Assembly: GCA_051362555.1 (NCBI GenBank)
Contig: CM120649.1
Span: 8,866,001 to 8,930,000, forward strand
Origin: Lingula anatina
Lineage: Eukaryota; Animalia; Brachiopoda
Length of the DNA stretch: 64,000 nucleotides
Reading direction: 5' to 3'
The translations under genes were made by a program, and so were the position numbers. Numbering within the stretch: position 1 is the stretch's first letter; every line of letters starts with the position of its first letter. Under the pieces are notes generated by a model, which worked only from the letters and a program-made list of their open reading frames with translations, was not told where the DNA came from and searched no databases. Shown in pieces: positions 1 to 12,212 of this stretch.

Positions 1-808
1 AAAATTACAACAAATGTCCTTCAAAATTTCGTATAGAATGCCAAGCTAAATTGGTAAGAATGATTGTTTCTGTTTTTCATTTATTGTTACTCAACATAAA
101 ACCCAAATGAACCCATTTTTTTTCATTACATGTATATAGGTGATCTAAGACATCTATGTGTCTACATACAGCCGGTCATGACCAGTTTTGAGGCGCCCGT
201 TTTGCACAGCACATACTTTCAGTGACTATCCCAGCAATTTTTTCAATGACACTGATGTCATTGGTTATTTTAAGTTTGATTTTTTTTACATGAAGTCATG
301 GCAAACCATCAGATGCATATTAGCAATTTTTTGAAAGTACAAATAACTGTGAATACGAGGAAGCTGCCAAATTTGACTTTGCCCAGGACCACTGCCAGAA
401 CTTTTAGACATGACGGGAGTGCGGAGGAACCGTCCTTTTTGCTGGGGAAAAGGTTCCCTCTGGGGAAATTTTTATTTAGGTACACAGTGGTTTCATGGTA
501 AAAGCTCCACTTTTTTTAGGGAAAAAAAAACTTTTGAAATTGCTGGCTACAGGTCTGTTGAATGTTTATAATGAATGTTTCTTTATTTTTTCAGCTCACA
601 CAAACAGTTTGACAGTTGGTGTACAGTATCATGTGTCTCTGTAGTGACCTGCTTGATGTGGTCAGTTTGGGATGATGTTATATCTAATACATGGCTGCCG
701 ATTAGTCACATCTTGACCGGGGCCACCACCTGGTGGATGAGATGGTAATGGGAACGAGTATGAAAGAAGCACATGGCGAGTGAGACCCACGGCACCCGGT
801 CATAACAT

Positions 809-821
809 TGGTGACGAGGAT
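809..821 (+). other. Primer-binding site, tRNA-Ser(GCT)-like
   Basis: TGGTGACGAGGAT starts 1 nt after the LTR end. It matches the reverse complement of the metazoan tRNA-Ser(GCT) 3' end (TGGCGACGAGGAT) with one CpG-type mismatch. Confidence 0.75.
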
Positions 822-838
822 AAGTAAGAAATATTAAC

Positions 839-1440
839 ATGGCACAGGGAGAACCACCTGTTCTATATATCCACATAGCAGGAATTGTTCTGCATGTAAC
901 ACCGTTCAATCCACCGGAAAATAGACTAAATACAGGGCCAGCATGGGAAACATGGCTGGAGGAATTCCAAGAAGAAATGCAGTTGCAAGAAGCAGACAAG
1001 GTAACTTGCCTTAGGCGCTACAGGGGAAAAGAGATTAGAAACAAAATAAAATGCTTGCCAGATCCTCCAGTAATTGAAAGTGAAGAAGGAAATAGGAAAC
1101 CTGAACCTTCACTACAAACCAAAACAAAATAAAATGCATAGTGTTTATGTATTCAATAAAAAACAAGGCTCTCAGGAGAAACCACATCTTCATTCACTGC
1201 CAGGTTGAGAGAAAAAGCTGAACATAATGATTTTGGTAAGAGTGCAGATACTCGTATTTTAGAAAGAATAATTCAGACTATGGATGACAAGCAGATTGTA
1301 ACCAAAGCCATACAAAGAAATTGAGACTTGGGAACTTCAATCCAAGAGGTGGGTCAGAAAGAAGACCGAAACAAAGAAGTTGACAATATGAGAAATGAAT
1401 TCAAAGTGGCAAAAATCTCAGACGGAGATAGAGTCAAACC
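839..1440 (+). pseudogene. Degenerate Gypsy gag
   Basis: ORF 839-1132 has GPAWETWLEEFQEEM. Another frame continues FTARLREKAEHNDFG..DTRILERIIQTMDDKQIVTKAIQRN*, typical of Gypsy gag. Stops and frameshifts are present. Confidence 0.75.
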
Positions 1441-2084
1441 TAAAGGAAGATACCCACACCTGGTGAAGAAACCTACTAATTAAAAAAAAAATTAATTGAT
1501 ATTTACCATTAAGAACAGATTGCATAGCATACAGCACTCAAGATGTGACTTTATGCAATATGAAAACTGAAAATTCACTAGGATTCAGAATATTCAAGGA
1601 TAATGATTGACAAAGACTGTTTTTTTTTTTTAAGTTTTAAACTTTATATTTTGTAGAAAAAAATTAAGGTTGGGAGGAATGTTATATCCAATACTATTAC
1701 ATGGCTGCTGAATAGTCACGTCTTGACTTGGGCTCCCACCTGGTGGATGACGTGGTAATGGAAACAAGTATGAAAGAAGCACATGGCGAGTGAGACCCAC
1801 GGCACCTGGTCATAACAGATGATATGTATTTGACCAAAGGTGGAGCAGTGGTCATAACCCACCCTCACCCATCACCATGCCAAAAACAACACCTTGCAGG
1901 TAGTGCTCAAAATTATTGTTTGGTTTTGTTTTACAAGTTGTGTTACAATAAGTAATTTGTCTTCTATCCTTCCTGTGTAGATCAACAAACCAGTTATCAT
2001 ATGTGCTTCCTTTAAATTTAATAAAATTTTTCACTTCTCTTATGTTACTCCTCACAAAATGTACTTCTACAAGGCACATTCAAC

Positions 2085-3007
2085 TGATATACTTATCCCA
2101 GATTATTACAGCCATTGTTTATAGGCAATTTGTGTGCAGGTTTCTCAAAAATCCCAGAAGATTTGGCAGAGTTCTGTTTATTTAACTTTGATCAGTTAAA
2201 GATTGTGACAGTTGTACCTGTCACAATTGTGCCCAGCAGCCTCCAAAAGACATTTTAAACTTGTCTCTGTTCAGTCACCATAACTGTGATGTCTGTCATA
2301 TTAGGTGGACATTATATAATTAGGTAGTATATTGTAGGTTAAATGTTCTGCTGGCTCTTGTGGACTGTCAGGGTTCTGTCCTTTTATTAAGATAATTTAT
2401 GTCACTTCATTCATATAATCTTTTGTCTCTTTTTCCAGCTCCAGTCTCCATACAGCATGGTGTCTTCTACAGGTAGGTGAACAGACTTTACCTGGCTGGA
2501 CATGGGGGACATGTATTGTTAATATAAAATAGACAGGAAATAACAGTTGCAGGAATATCCCTTCATGTCACACAGTTGTGCAAGACAGCAAGTTTCAGGA
2601 TGAATGGGTTGTGAAGAGCCAGAGACAGGACAGCCATGGTAAACAGGGAACTGGACTTCTTGCAGGTAGTACACAAAATGAACAGTTGATTTTGTTTTTC
2701 AAGTAGCAGTGGGTATAATTGGTCTTCTCTTACCTCTATAGGGACAAAAACACCAATTAACACATTTTTTAGATTTAATTGATTTTAATGTTACTTAAAA
2801 AGCATGGGTTGTTATAATAGTCCACACTTGTTTATTTAAAAGGAACCAACTTAAAATTGTAGTGTGCATTGTAGGTATCTAGTAATTAATGTCATTTTTG
2901 ATCCACACCTCACATTTGTTACCAATGCATTTATTTAGTTTAAACAATTAAACTTATATGCACAAAACATATACAAAATGAATACATGTTTTAAAATTTT
3001 GTTTGTG

Positions 3008-3079
<72 letters not shown>

Positions 3080-3800
3080 TTTTATTAGTCACAGCCAACT
3101 GATATAATTATCCCAGATTTTTACAGGTGTTAAGCATTTTGTGTGCAAATTTCACAATAATTCCAACAGATTTGGCAGAGTTCTGTTTATTTAACTGTGT
3201 TCAATCTGAGAATGTGCTGGTCTCAGCAGTCACAATTGTGTCCAGCAGCCTCCAAAAGGCAAGGTCATTTTTAACTTATCACAGTGCAATCACCACAATA
3301 CTGATGTTTACCATATAAGATGGGCACTTGGCAGTTTACCATAGTTTTAATATTTTCCTAACTGGCTCTGGTGGACTGTCAGGTTTTTGTCTTTTCTTTG
3401 TATTAAGATAAATTTCACTTATACATTGTCATGTCTCTTTTTCCAGCTCCAGTCTCCATACAGCATGGTTCCTTCTAGGTGAACTGACTTTACCTGGCTG
3501 AACATGGGGGGATGTATTTTATATGAAGCAGACATAAAAATACAGCAACAGGAACATCTTCATCTCACTGCAAGACACAGGATGTGGCAAGTTTTAGGAT
3601 GAATGCCAGAGACAGGACAGCCATTGTGACTGGGCCTCTTGCCGATAGCAGATAAAATGTATGTTTTTTTTTATGCAAAGAAAGTTCGGTAATTTGTTTC
3701 CCCTCTTTCATTTGTGTAGAGACACAAACACCAATTGTTACATTTTTATTGGGGGAGGAGGTAAAATGATTATTTCAATGTGGAAAGCATGGATTATTAT
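2085..3800. repeat. Diverged local tandem duplication (~2085-2820 vs ~3100-3800)
   Basis: Shared blocks in the same order: AGATTTGGCAGAGTTCTGTTTATTTAACT, CAGCAGCCTCCAAAAG, TTTTCCAGCTCCAGTCTCCATACAGCATGG, GCCAGAGACAGGACAGCCAT. A (CT)n(AT)n tract lies between the copies. Confidence 0.85.
3012..3075. repeat. (CT)n(AT)n microsatellite
   Basis: Direct reading. Confidence 0.95.
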
Positions 3801-5017
3801 GAATAAAGTTAATGTGTCACTGCTTTAATTGTAATGTAAATTTAATTTTTATATTCATCAAGTGCTTTATTAATCACACCCATCATTTGTTAAGAATTTG
3901 AAGCAATTCATCTTGTACACACAAAACATAAAATGAATAATTATATTTTAATTTGATACATACGATCAGTATCAAGATATAAATATCAAGTACTGTGATG
4001 CAAAAATGATCTTGTGCATCTTACAAAAGCATCCTACATATGAATAATGTATCATTAGATGGTTCCTAATAATAGTTTGCACTATATTACAGAGATGATC
4101 CAGTTGCATTGCAAACAGTTACACTCATTTCATTTATGTTTTTAGCAAATACACTTCTGGAATTGTATAAAGAGCTGCTGGCAGACAAAGAGGTCAATTT
4201 TATACTGACTGAGAGAGAGTGCTGCCAGAACCACCCAGAACAAGACTTTTAAAGATGACATGGCAGATCCTGTGGAGCCAGTTATATGGAACAGTACAAT
4301 TGCACAACAAATGTGGGTTCCAGGTAACACAAAGAATCCATTTCCCCCATATGCATGGAAACTATAGAGGCAGGGTATATAAAGCAAGGAGATTGTTTTA
4401 GACAATACTCTTTCACTGAAGACAAATAGACACAATGGAAATGTTTAAAAGTGAATTGCTATTTCAGCTCAGTTGTGATGTGTTATAATAATTTCCCCAT
4501 ATACATGGAAATTATTATAGTACTAGTAGAGGTAGCATGTATGCGAGACTGTGGTAGACAATAAGCTATCACTGAACAGAAAAAGATGTCATTGAAAATG
4601 TTTTAATGTGAATACATATATTTCAGTGCAGATATGATGTGTTATAAATGATCTCTGTTATTATGAGGTCATTAAGTTGCATAATGCAATTTTTATGACT
4701 TGCTTATTATATACAGACACTTTCAGTCTGTCTATATTCTGATCACTGTGTCTGTCCAGTGTCATTGCCATAGTCAGCACTTTGTGACACATCTATTGTT
4801 TACCCTTTAACTGATAAACTGTATTTTTGTTTTAATGTTAATTCCTCTAGAAAATCAACATGATTGGATTATTTAATGATATTGTTTGATATCTTAAGCA
4901 GTTTGGATTTGATGCTATAATATGTCCTGAGTATTTCAAATTGAAGTAGCAATGTAGATATGTTTGTGTATTTTTGTCTGTGTTTGTTTCTGATTCTGAT
5001 ATTTATTTTAATTACTA

Positions 5018-5246
5018 ACTAGGAAAGCACTCCAAGAGCGCAGACCTCTGCCAAGGCAGCAATTTTTGATAATTATTGATTATTGATTGATTATTGATCC
5101 AGATTACCACCAAAAACTAATCATCTGTTCCTTGGCCCACTTCTGACAGTTCCTGAAAATTTCATCAAAATTGGTCCACAACTTTTTGAGTTATGTTGAT
5201 GACAGACAAACAAGGGTGAAAACATAACCTCCTTGGCGGAGGTAAA
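5018..5246 (-). mobile_element. Non-autonomous Helentron/HINE-type element
   Basis: On the minus strand it starts TTTACCTCCGCCAAGGAGGTTATGTTTT and ends with the inverted subterminal copy CCTTGGCAGAGG, a short hairpin and CTAGT. Same family as 50239-50424 and 57028-57252. Confidence 0.75.
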
Positions 5247-5318
5247 TATATTGTCATTTTGTGAATTTATGAAATTATTATAAGTTAATTGTTAAATGAT
5301 TTGTCAAGTGCATGACAG

Positions 5319-5540
5319 AGTCAGAAGGTTCATTGGTCTGATAGGTAGTTTGGTGATGCCAAGATCCAATGGTTCAAAAGGTTCAATAGTCAGAAGGTTC
5401 ATTGGTCTGATAGTTTGATGATGCCAAGATCCAATGGTTCAAAAGGTTCAATAGTCAGAAGGTTCATTGGTCTGATAGTTTGGTGATGCTAAGTTCCAAT
5501 GGTTCAAAAGGTTCAATTGCCTGAGGTTTCATGGTTCAAA
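5319..5540. repeat. ~63-67-bp tandem repeat, about 3.3 copies
   Basis: GTCAGAAGGTTCATTGGTCTGATAGTTTGGTGATGCCAAGATCCAATGGTTCAAAAGGTTCAATA repeated. Confidence 0.9.
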
Positions 5541-8500
5541 GTCCGTAAGTATGAATGGTATATAGTGCAATATAGCAATGATAATATCTGTGGAGGGCGA
5601 TAATATATTTAATGACTGTTCATGACTCTATAATGCCCCAGCTTTGGGCAGGTTTTACTTAATCTGTAATTTTTCATTGTTTTTTGAGCACACATATTTA
5701 GTTTTATGGGCTAATTGTCTGCTGCTGTAAGTATAAAGACTGATTTCAAAAAACACAAGCTATATTTAAAAAGTTAAAAACAGTAATTTCTTTCAGTGAA
5801 GTATTTTATATGTCTGAGTTACATGACATACTTTATGAAAACTAAACAAAAAAAAAATCAAAACCTTCAAACAACTATGAAGTTCTTGACAGTTTAACAT
5901 ATCTTTATCTGTCAGTGTATTGCATGCCATTATCTTTAAGGCCCCATCCAAACATGCCATTCAAACCAAAGCTGAAATCTACAGATTGATTACATCTACA
6001 CGCAAGTATAATCTCTCAGATGTGAAATTGATATAAAACTAAGGTTTCAAAAGCTCCAAACTTTTCTTTTATGGCAATAAAAACAACACCATGTTTTTCC
6101 ACATTTATTTATTTATTTTATTTATTTATTTATTTATGTGTCTTTTCACTTTGAAAGTGATGCACTTGTAACTAAGAAAGCCGTTGCACACACTCACATT
6201 AGCACACATGACAAAAGATAATATTCAAATTTGATATTTTAATGAAGTGAAATATTTTTAAAGTTTCTTGATAAGTCTATATGATATATACTAATTACTA
6301 TATATTCACACACACACTTCTTGTGTGAAGAGTCTTGGGCATTTGAGCATTTTAAAGGGTAATTTTGAATCCAGTTATGCTGTTTAAGAATTTAAAGGAC
6401 AAAAGTGTCGTGATCAATTTGTGAAATACAATATTGTGACATTTGTAACAGGAAGTGATAAGAGTGAGTTATTATCTTACCTTTAATATATAACACTACT
6501 AACACATTTTTTTTTTTAGTTTAAAAACACACAACTATGTAATAGATTTAAGGTTATTTATTTCACCTGTAGAAATGGAGAATGAAGTTACAGTATATGC
6601 ACGACTGCTCTGGTCAATTACAAAAGAGAGAGTCTACATGTTACAATGAATAAAACACTTAGTTTAAACAAAATAACTGATCAAATAAATACACCATTTA
6701 ATAATATAACTAAATAAATAATGCATCATGGCAATTGAATTTGAAAGAATAATTAGCTCACCTGTAGAAATAGAGAATGAAGTTACAGTATTTGTATGAC
6801 CGCTCTGGTCAATTACAAATGAGAGAGTAAAAAAGGGCATGGCAGACGACTAGGATCACATGAAGATTCTTATCATGTGGGAGAATTATCCAATCAACGC
6901 CCGCCAAAGACGAAGAAAGAAGAAATAGATACATACAATATGAAAAAAAATGGGTATGGTTAAAATATGTGAGATGGGATACATCGTCACACTACTTGTT
7001 AATTTCTTCATAAATCGTTAAATTATTTTTGATGTTCATTGTTGCGTGGGACATGATTTTTCCACTAAAGCCATCCTGCGCTAGTACATAACCAGCTTTT
7101 CGTTCTGGTCTATATGCATTTTGTGTCTAAAATAAGCCACCTGATACGGTATTGGGTTTAGATTTTTTGAGACCTGATATATGAATCACAAAACTAATGA
7201 GCACATCACGCTATTCATGTTATATGTTTATTGCAGTTTCAAGTCATTGCCAATGAATGATAACATTTTTTCTCTATAGTACATTATATGAATTGGAAAT
7301 CTTTATTTTGCGTAACTGCTTTTATTGATATATATGTATGTATGAATCACTCAAAATATTTTTAATCATGAGATGAACCTGTCGCTATTGGTGATTCGGG
7401 TTTTCTTCTCTTAAGACTTTCCCGACTAGCGTCTCCCCTGCTTTGATGCCCTTTGACTGAAGATAGCGGGTCATCATCTTATGCCCATATATAGTTCCTA
7501 CCTTTAAATAAAGCACATGTTCTTCGATATTATATCATTTACAAAACAGCATGTTTTAAATAAACTTAAAATATGAATTAACACTATATAAGAGACTGAT
7601 TGGCCAAGATTGGCAGTGGCAATTTTTCAGATGCAATTTTTGAATCGACGTGGAATTCTCATGGGCTCAAAAAAAATGCAAGCACTAGTTATGTATCTCC
7701 GTTTCTGTTATGACTTAAAGGGAAACTTAATGTCAGCTCATTACATCTTTATAAGCTTTATATGATAGAATTTGTCTGTACTTTTATAGCAGCAGCTCCA
7801 TTTTCAGTCTACTTTTTCAGTTTGGGATGGGGTTTTATTGATATTGCAATATGTTGGGATATCTACCGCAGACCACAGACCATTTGGTTGGGCTAACAAA
7901 AAAGAAGGGTGCACACCCAAATATCGTTTACAGATAGCTACATGTACTTATCTCTCCAATAGCTATTGCGACTTCATTTGCCATGACCTCAGTTGGTGTT
8001 ACATAAGACCTCCGAATGTTGTACTTTGAACATATTGTCTTTATGCTCCTTACAGATGCGCCTCTCAAGACTCTCTATTGTGTCTTTAGAATGCTTGAAC
8101 TTTCCTCATTTGTCTTGAAATTCTTAACTAAATCTCTAATAATATTTAGAAAACTTTCAATGGCAGCCATTTTTCTGCCTATACTTCCATTTTTCCATTT
8201 CATCCCTAAAATGAAAATCAGAAAAATGAACTGACTTCGTTTTTATTTCAATTTGAATTGAAAATGGAAAAATGAGCTCGATTCTCTGATTTCTGCACAG
8301 ATGGCGAAAAAAAGGTATTTTGTAATCTATTCCACCTTTTCATCATTGGAAAACACGATACCAGTCGATATTTATATTTTCTAACACATCAGGGATCTGT
8401 CAATCTTTTATTTTGCATTTTCTGGAAAAAATGAAAAAACCAAGGGCAATTTTCGTTTTGCCATTTTTCATTTTAAATGGAAAAAACGAAAACTGAGTTT

Positions 8501-8759
8501 CGTTTTCCATTACATTTTGGCCATTTCTATAAAAAAACGGCCGTTTTTCCATTTTCTGACGAAATGGAAACCCCCCCCCCCCCCCATACACGGACCAGAT
8601 AGCAATAGAAGTTAATCTTACAGTTAAAATTCAAAGAAGTATATCCATAAATGGTTGCTTGTCCATTTAATTGTAATATACAATTAATATTTTCTCATTT
8701 TGTTTTAACATGTTTTTTGTTGGTATACATATAAAGAATGAAAACAAATATTTCTGTAG

Positions 8760-9200
8760 TATTTAACATATGTCTAGTTCCTTCCATGTTGCGATTTCTG
8801 ATATCATTCTATATATACTAACAAATTTTTTGATTATTAAAATAAGTAAATAAAGACCTTTTATATCATAGGCTTGCACAAGCCTGAATACAAAAATCTC
8901 AGGAGATCTCTTAATAACTACACCTAAATTATCTTTTACAGAGCAAATAATGCTCATCTCAACATTTTGTACATGTGGGCAATCCCAAAAAAATGTGAAA
9001 AATAGTTTCCCTAGCAGGATTGCAAAATTTACACTGTTCTGATTCTTTTTTCCTTTTTAATTTTCATCAGATAAACATTGGTATTGAATATTCTATGATT
9101 TATTCTAAAAGAAAATGTATTCTGAATTAAGATTGTAAAGCACAGTTACCATTGTAAAGTATGGATTTTCAAACAAAACTTTTGTTCACTTCAGATAAAT
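8760..9200 (-). mobile_element. 3' remnant of an L1/Tx1-type LINE (zf-RVT region)
   Basis: Minus-strand translation FSFRINHRIFNTNVYLMKIKK..ESEQCKFCNPARETIFHIF(fs)WDCPHVQ matches the CxxC..ETxxHxFWxC motif at the ORF2 C-terminus. Confidence 0.8.
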
Positions 9201-9259
9201 TTTAAATTTGAACTAATCATCTATTATTTCCATAAACAACAGTTTCTTGCTCAACTTAC

Positions 9260-10307
9260 TGTTCTCCCTATGGATCTTGCACGATGTGAAGATTTCTCTG
9301 CAGCAATAACACCTGTCTCCACTTTCTAAAATATCTTCTCCAGTTATCAGCTGGATAACTGGCCATGTTGAACAGAAAACTCATACTTCTTGCATGCTGT
9401 AAAGTTTATGTTGATATAAGGACACTTTTAAAAAAAAATTCTTTTCACCTGATCAAAATGATTACTTTAATTTGCAATGCTTGCTTGATTGTCAATAAGT
9501 TTTCCATTGCTAGTTCAATGAGACATTCACGCCTGAAATTTTCAGGCTCACTAGGGGGTTCTTGATCCTCTGGCGTATTTGTCATGGAATATAGTTTTTT
9601 TTCTTACATGCCTGACCTGATCTTGCAAGGTTGTCTGAAAGATTTTAACAGGGACATTTAATCTCACTGAATCAGTGAGTGCTTTACAGTGCAAGGGTAT
9701 GCAATGCTTAGGTTTAATACAGATCAGTTACATTTCTCATATTTAATTTTTCAAGATAAATTATTTATTCAACATTTTTACTACTGCCAGGGAAATTATG
9801 TTTTGACATTGTGAGATATGCATATTATTGCGTGCCCTCTGAGTTCCCACCATTTCTATAAATACACTGCCATTCCTCCTTTCTTGGAAATAATAGGGGA
9901 GCACAATTTAAATCATTTTTCTATAATAATTATCATTACCTGTGACACTTCATTTTTGAGATTATGAATGTTTGCCAACTGCAGTGCTTGATGCAGGGAT
10001 AATTTGTGATATAAGTCCACCTGAATTGTTCTGATACAATCCAAATGGTTTTCATTACACTCCTGAAGAAGCTGCTGGCAGGCCACTCGAAGATGGTTTC
10101 CTCCAAGTGAAACTATTTTGTAAGTTGGCAGTTTTGCCTCATCAAAGTCTTCATCGCTCAGCAAAAGACATGGCAAGATGACAGTGTGATTTACTGGAGA
10201 TGTCTTTAATCCCTTTTTAATTTCTTTCACCCAAGTAGGATCAATTTTTCTGCACATAAAGTTTTCTGGTGGAGCTGTTATGGTCAAGATGCTTATTTCA
10301 TACCTTC
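9260..10307 (-). pseudogene. Spliced pseudogene with a ParB/Sulfiredoxin-like domain plus helical extension
   Basis: Exon 9940-10307 reads RKIDPTWVKEIKKGL...ILPCLL...IVSLGGNHLRVACQQL...LSLHQALQLANIHN; GGNH resembles the ParB-N/Srx (D/G)GxHR motif. Further GT-AG exons at 9466-9634 (TTLQDQVRHVRKKLY.., one A-run frameshift) and 9260-9396 (HARSMSFLFNMASYPADNW..). Confidence 0.65.
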
Positions 10308-10437
10308 CTGTAAATGAAAACAAGAGGACAAAATTAGAGACAATACTACCAAACTGTAGTACACTGAGTATCTAAGATCAATCATCTGAGGAGCCCTGTG
10401 ATACAGTGGTTAGGGCACGTGTCTTCTCTCTTCAGGT

Positions 10438-11665
10438 TCAATTTTTATTGTGTGTCTTCAAGTAATGCAGGCTTGTTGATAAATCATTCTTCAAACTTTG
10501 ACATTGATTTGCAGAAATGGAGCCTTTGGTCTGCCAGAAATCGCACAACTCTCTGAGAGCCTTAAAGCCTTCTAAAAAGTCTGTCTGGCAGATCTTTGGT
10601 GTTTTGTCCAAACCATATTCCAACAGGTGTTCTACTGCCTGAATGAAAATAAATAATAATAACAAAATGATTATTTATATACTAAGTGTAAAAGGAAAAA
10701 CCTCACACATTATTTTAATGTATATATACATATAATATTATGTGTATACAAAGTTAATTTTGTTGTTCAATACATTACAGATTACTGTCCGTGCTGTCCA
10801 TAGATATAGACTTCTGTCCATAGCTCATTACATGTATTAATAAATTCACATTTTATATTTTTCCTCAGTGCATATATACATAGTCTGGTCATATTAAATA
10901 TTGCCAAGATCCTTGCTGGGGAGCTAAGTAATAAAATTATTTTTTATTGCCCTATAAATGTTTCACTTGGGGACTCTTCAAAGGTGTACAGGTTTAGACC
11001 TTATATTACAATGTGTGCTTCCTAGGTAACATAACTCACATGTATACACCATAGTCCACAAGTGTAGCCATCTAGTTGTTTTTCATGGTTGATGGTGACA
11101 ATCTGGCACCCGATTTCTTTTCTTCTGGAAAAGTTGCTGAAATTACATTACAAGAAAAATTATACCTCTCAACTTAATCATAATATTGAATTGTCTGCAC
11201 TTTGTACATAAAATTAACATAATTGTTATAAACCTATTATTAATACGATACAATATGATATATTATCATTTTTTTACATGACAGTTTTAATATTCAACTA
11301 CCTCCAGTTTCTTGTGATAATATCCTTTTCTTGGCCAGTCTTTCCAAGGGAATTGACATACATGAATTTACCCTCCTTTCTGTCATAATACTATAGACAC
11401 ATGTGAAAAAATAAGCCCAAGTCATTACAATATGTCTTCAAAATTTATATAGATTTGTAATTGCCTAATGTCAAGCATATCTTATAGCAGAATTACAATT
11501 ATTGCAGAGATAAACTGCCTACATAAGTAAAAACAACCCAAATCCAAAATTTAAATCTAAGAGAGTCCCATATAAGGGTTGAACACTTACATGTACCAAG
11601 GCAGAGTAGTGTCCTCATCTAATGCGAACTCCCACTATGATGTCATATTCTCAGAGGTCTTTTTT
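10438..11665 (-). pseudogene. Spliced Ulp1/peptidase C48 (SUMO-protease-like) pseudogene
   Basis: Four phase-compatible GT-AG exons: 11591-11665 (EYDIIVGVRIR*GHYSALVH, His), 11302-11390 (YYDRKEGKFMYVNSLG..RNW), 11040-11136 (HEKQLDGYTCGLWCIH, Gln/Cys motif) and from 10638 downward (AVEHLL..). In-frame TGA stops are consistent with CGA decay. Confidence 0.75.
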
Positions 11666-12054
11666 TATCACAAACAAAGAAAAATTAAAAATAGAAGCAA
11701 GCGAAATTTAATTCAAATTAATCTATTTATTGCAATTTGGGATAGGAAACAATTACTAACTGAATGCCACCAAACTTACATGTATATCTCTATGAAAATT
11801 AAAAGAAAAGTATTGAGAGTTATGATGGTCTTTTTAACATAAATAGGGAAGGTAACCTTTTTTAAATCTATAACATATATATATTAATGCATTTTTAAAA
11901 GTGCCAGTTTTACTCTTGAACTTGAATAGGAAGTCACATATTGGCAATCTAAATGTGACCCTGAAATTGACTTTTGACCTACTTTTCACCATGAACTGAA
12001 CTTTGCAAATTTTTAGGCCCTTATATCTCCAAAACTGGCAGAGATATGCCCAGG

Positions 12055-12212
12055 CTCGTTTAAAAAACATTTTTAAAAATGTTTTCTTGAAACATTTCAA
12101 GAACGTTTTAAAAGGGTTTAGTGAAAATGTTTTCTTGAAATGTGTTAAGAACGTTTTTAAAAGGTTTTTTGAAAACATTTTTCCGAAACATTGTAAAAAC
12201 ATTTTTAAAATA
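12055..12212. repeat. Cluster of short AAAACATTTT/AAAATGTTTT direct and inverted repeats (transposon subterminal-type)
   Basis: Direct reading. It explains the spurious K/F/N-rich ORFs on both strands. Confidence 0.6.

Larger units (their letters stand above)
676..1817 (+). mobile_element. Non-autonomous (internally deleted, TRIM-like) Gypsy-type LTR retrotransposon
   Basis: Two similar LTRs at 676-807 and 1680-1817, both TGTTATA...CATAACA. 5-bp TSD GATGA at 671-675 and 1818-1822. PBS TGGTGACGAGGAT at 809-821. Purine-rich AAGGTTGGGAGGAA directly before the 3' LTR. Gag-like remnant inside, no pol. Confidence 0.93.
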
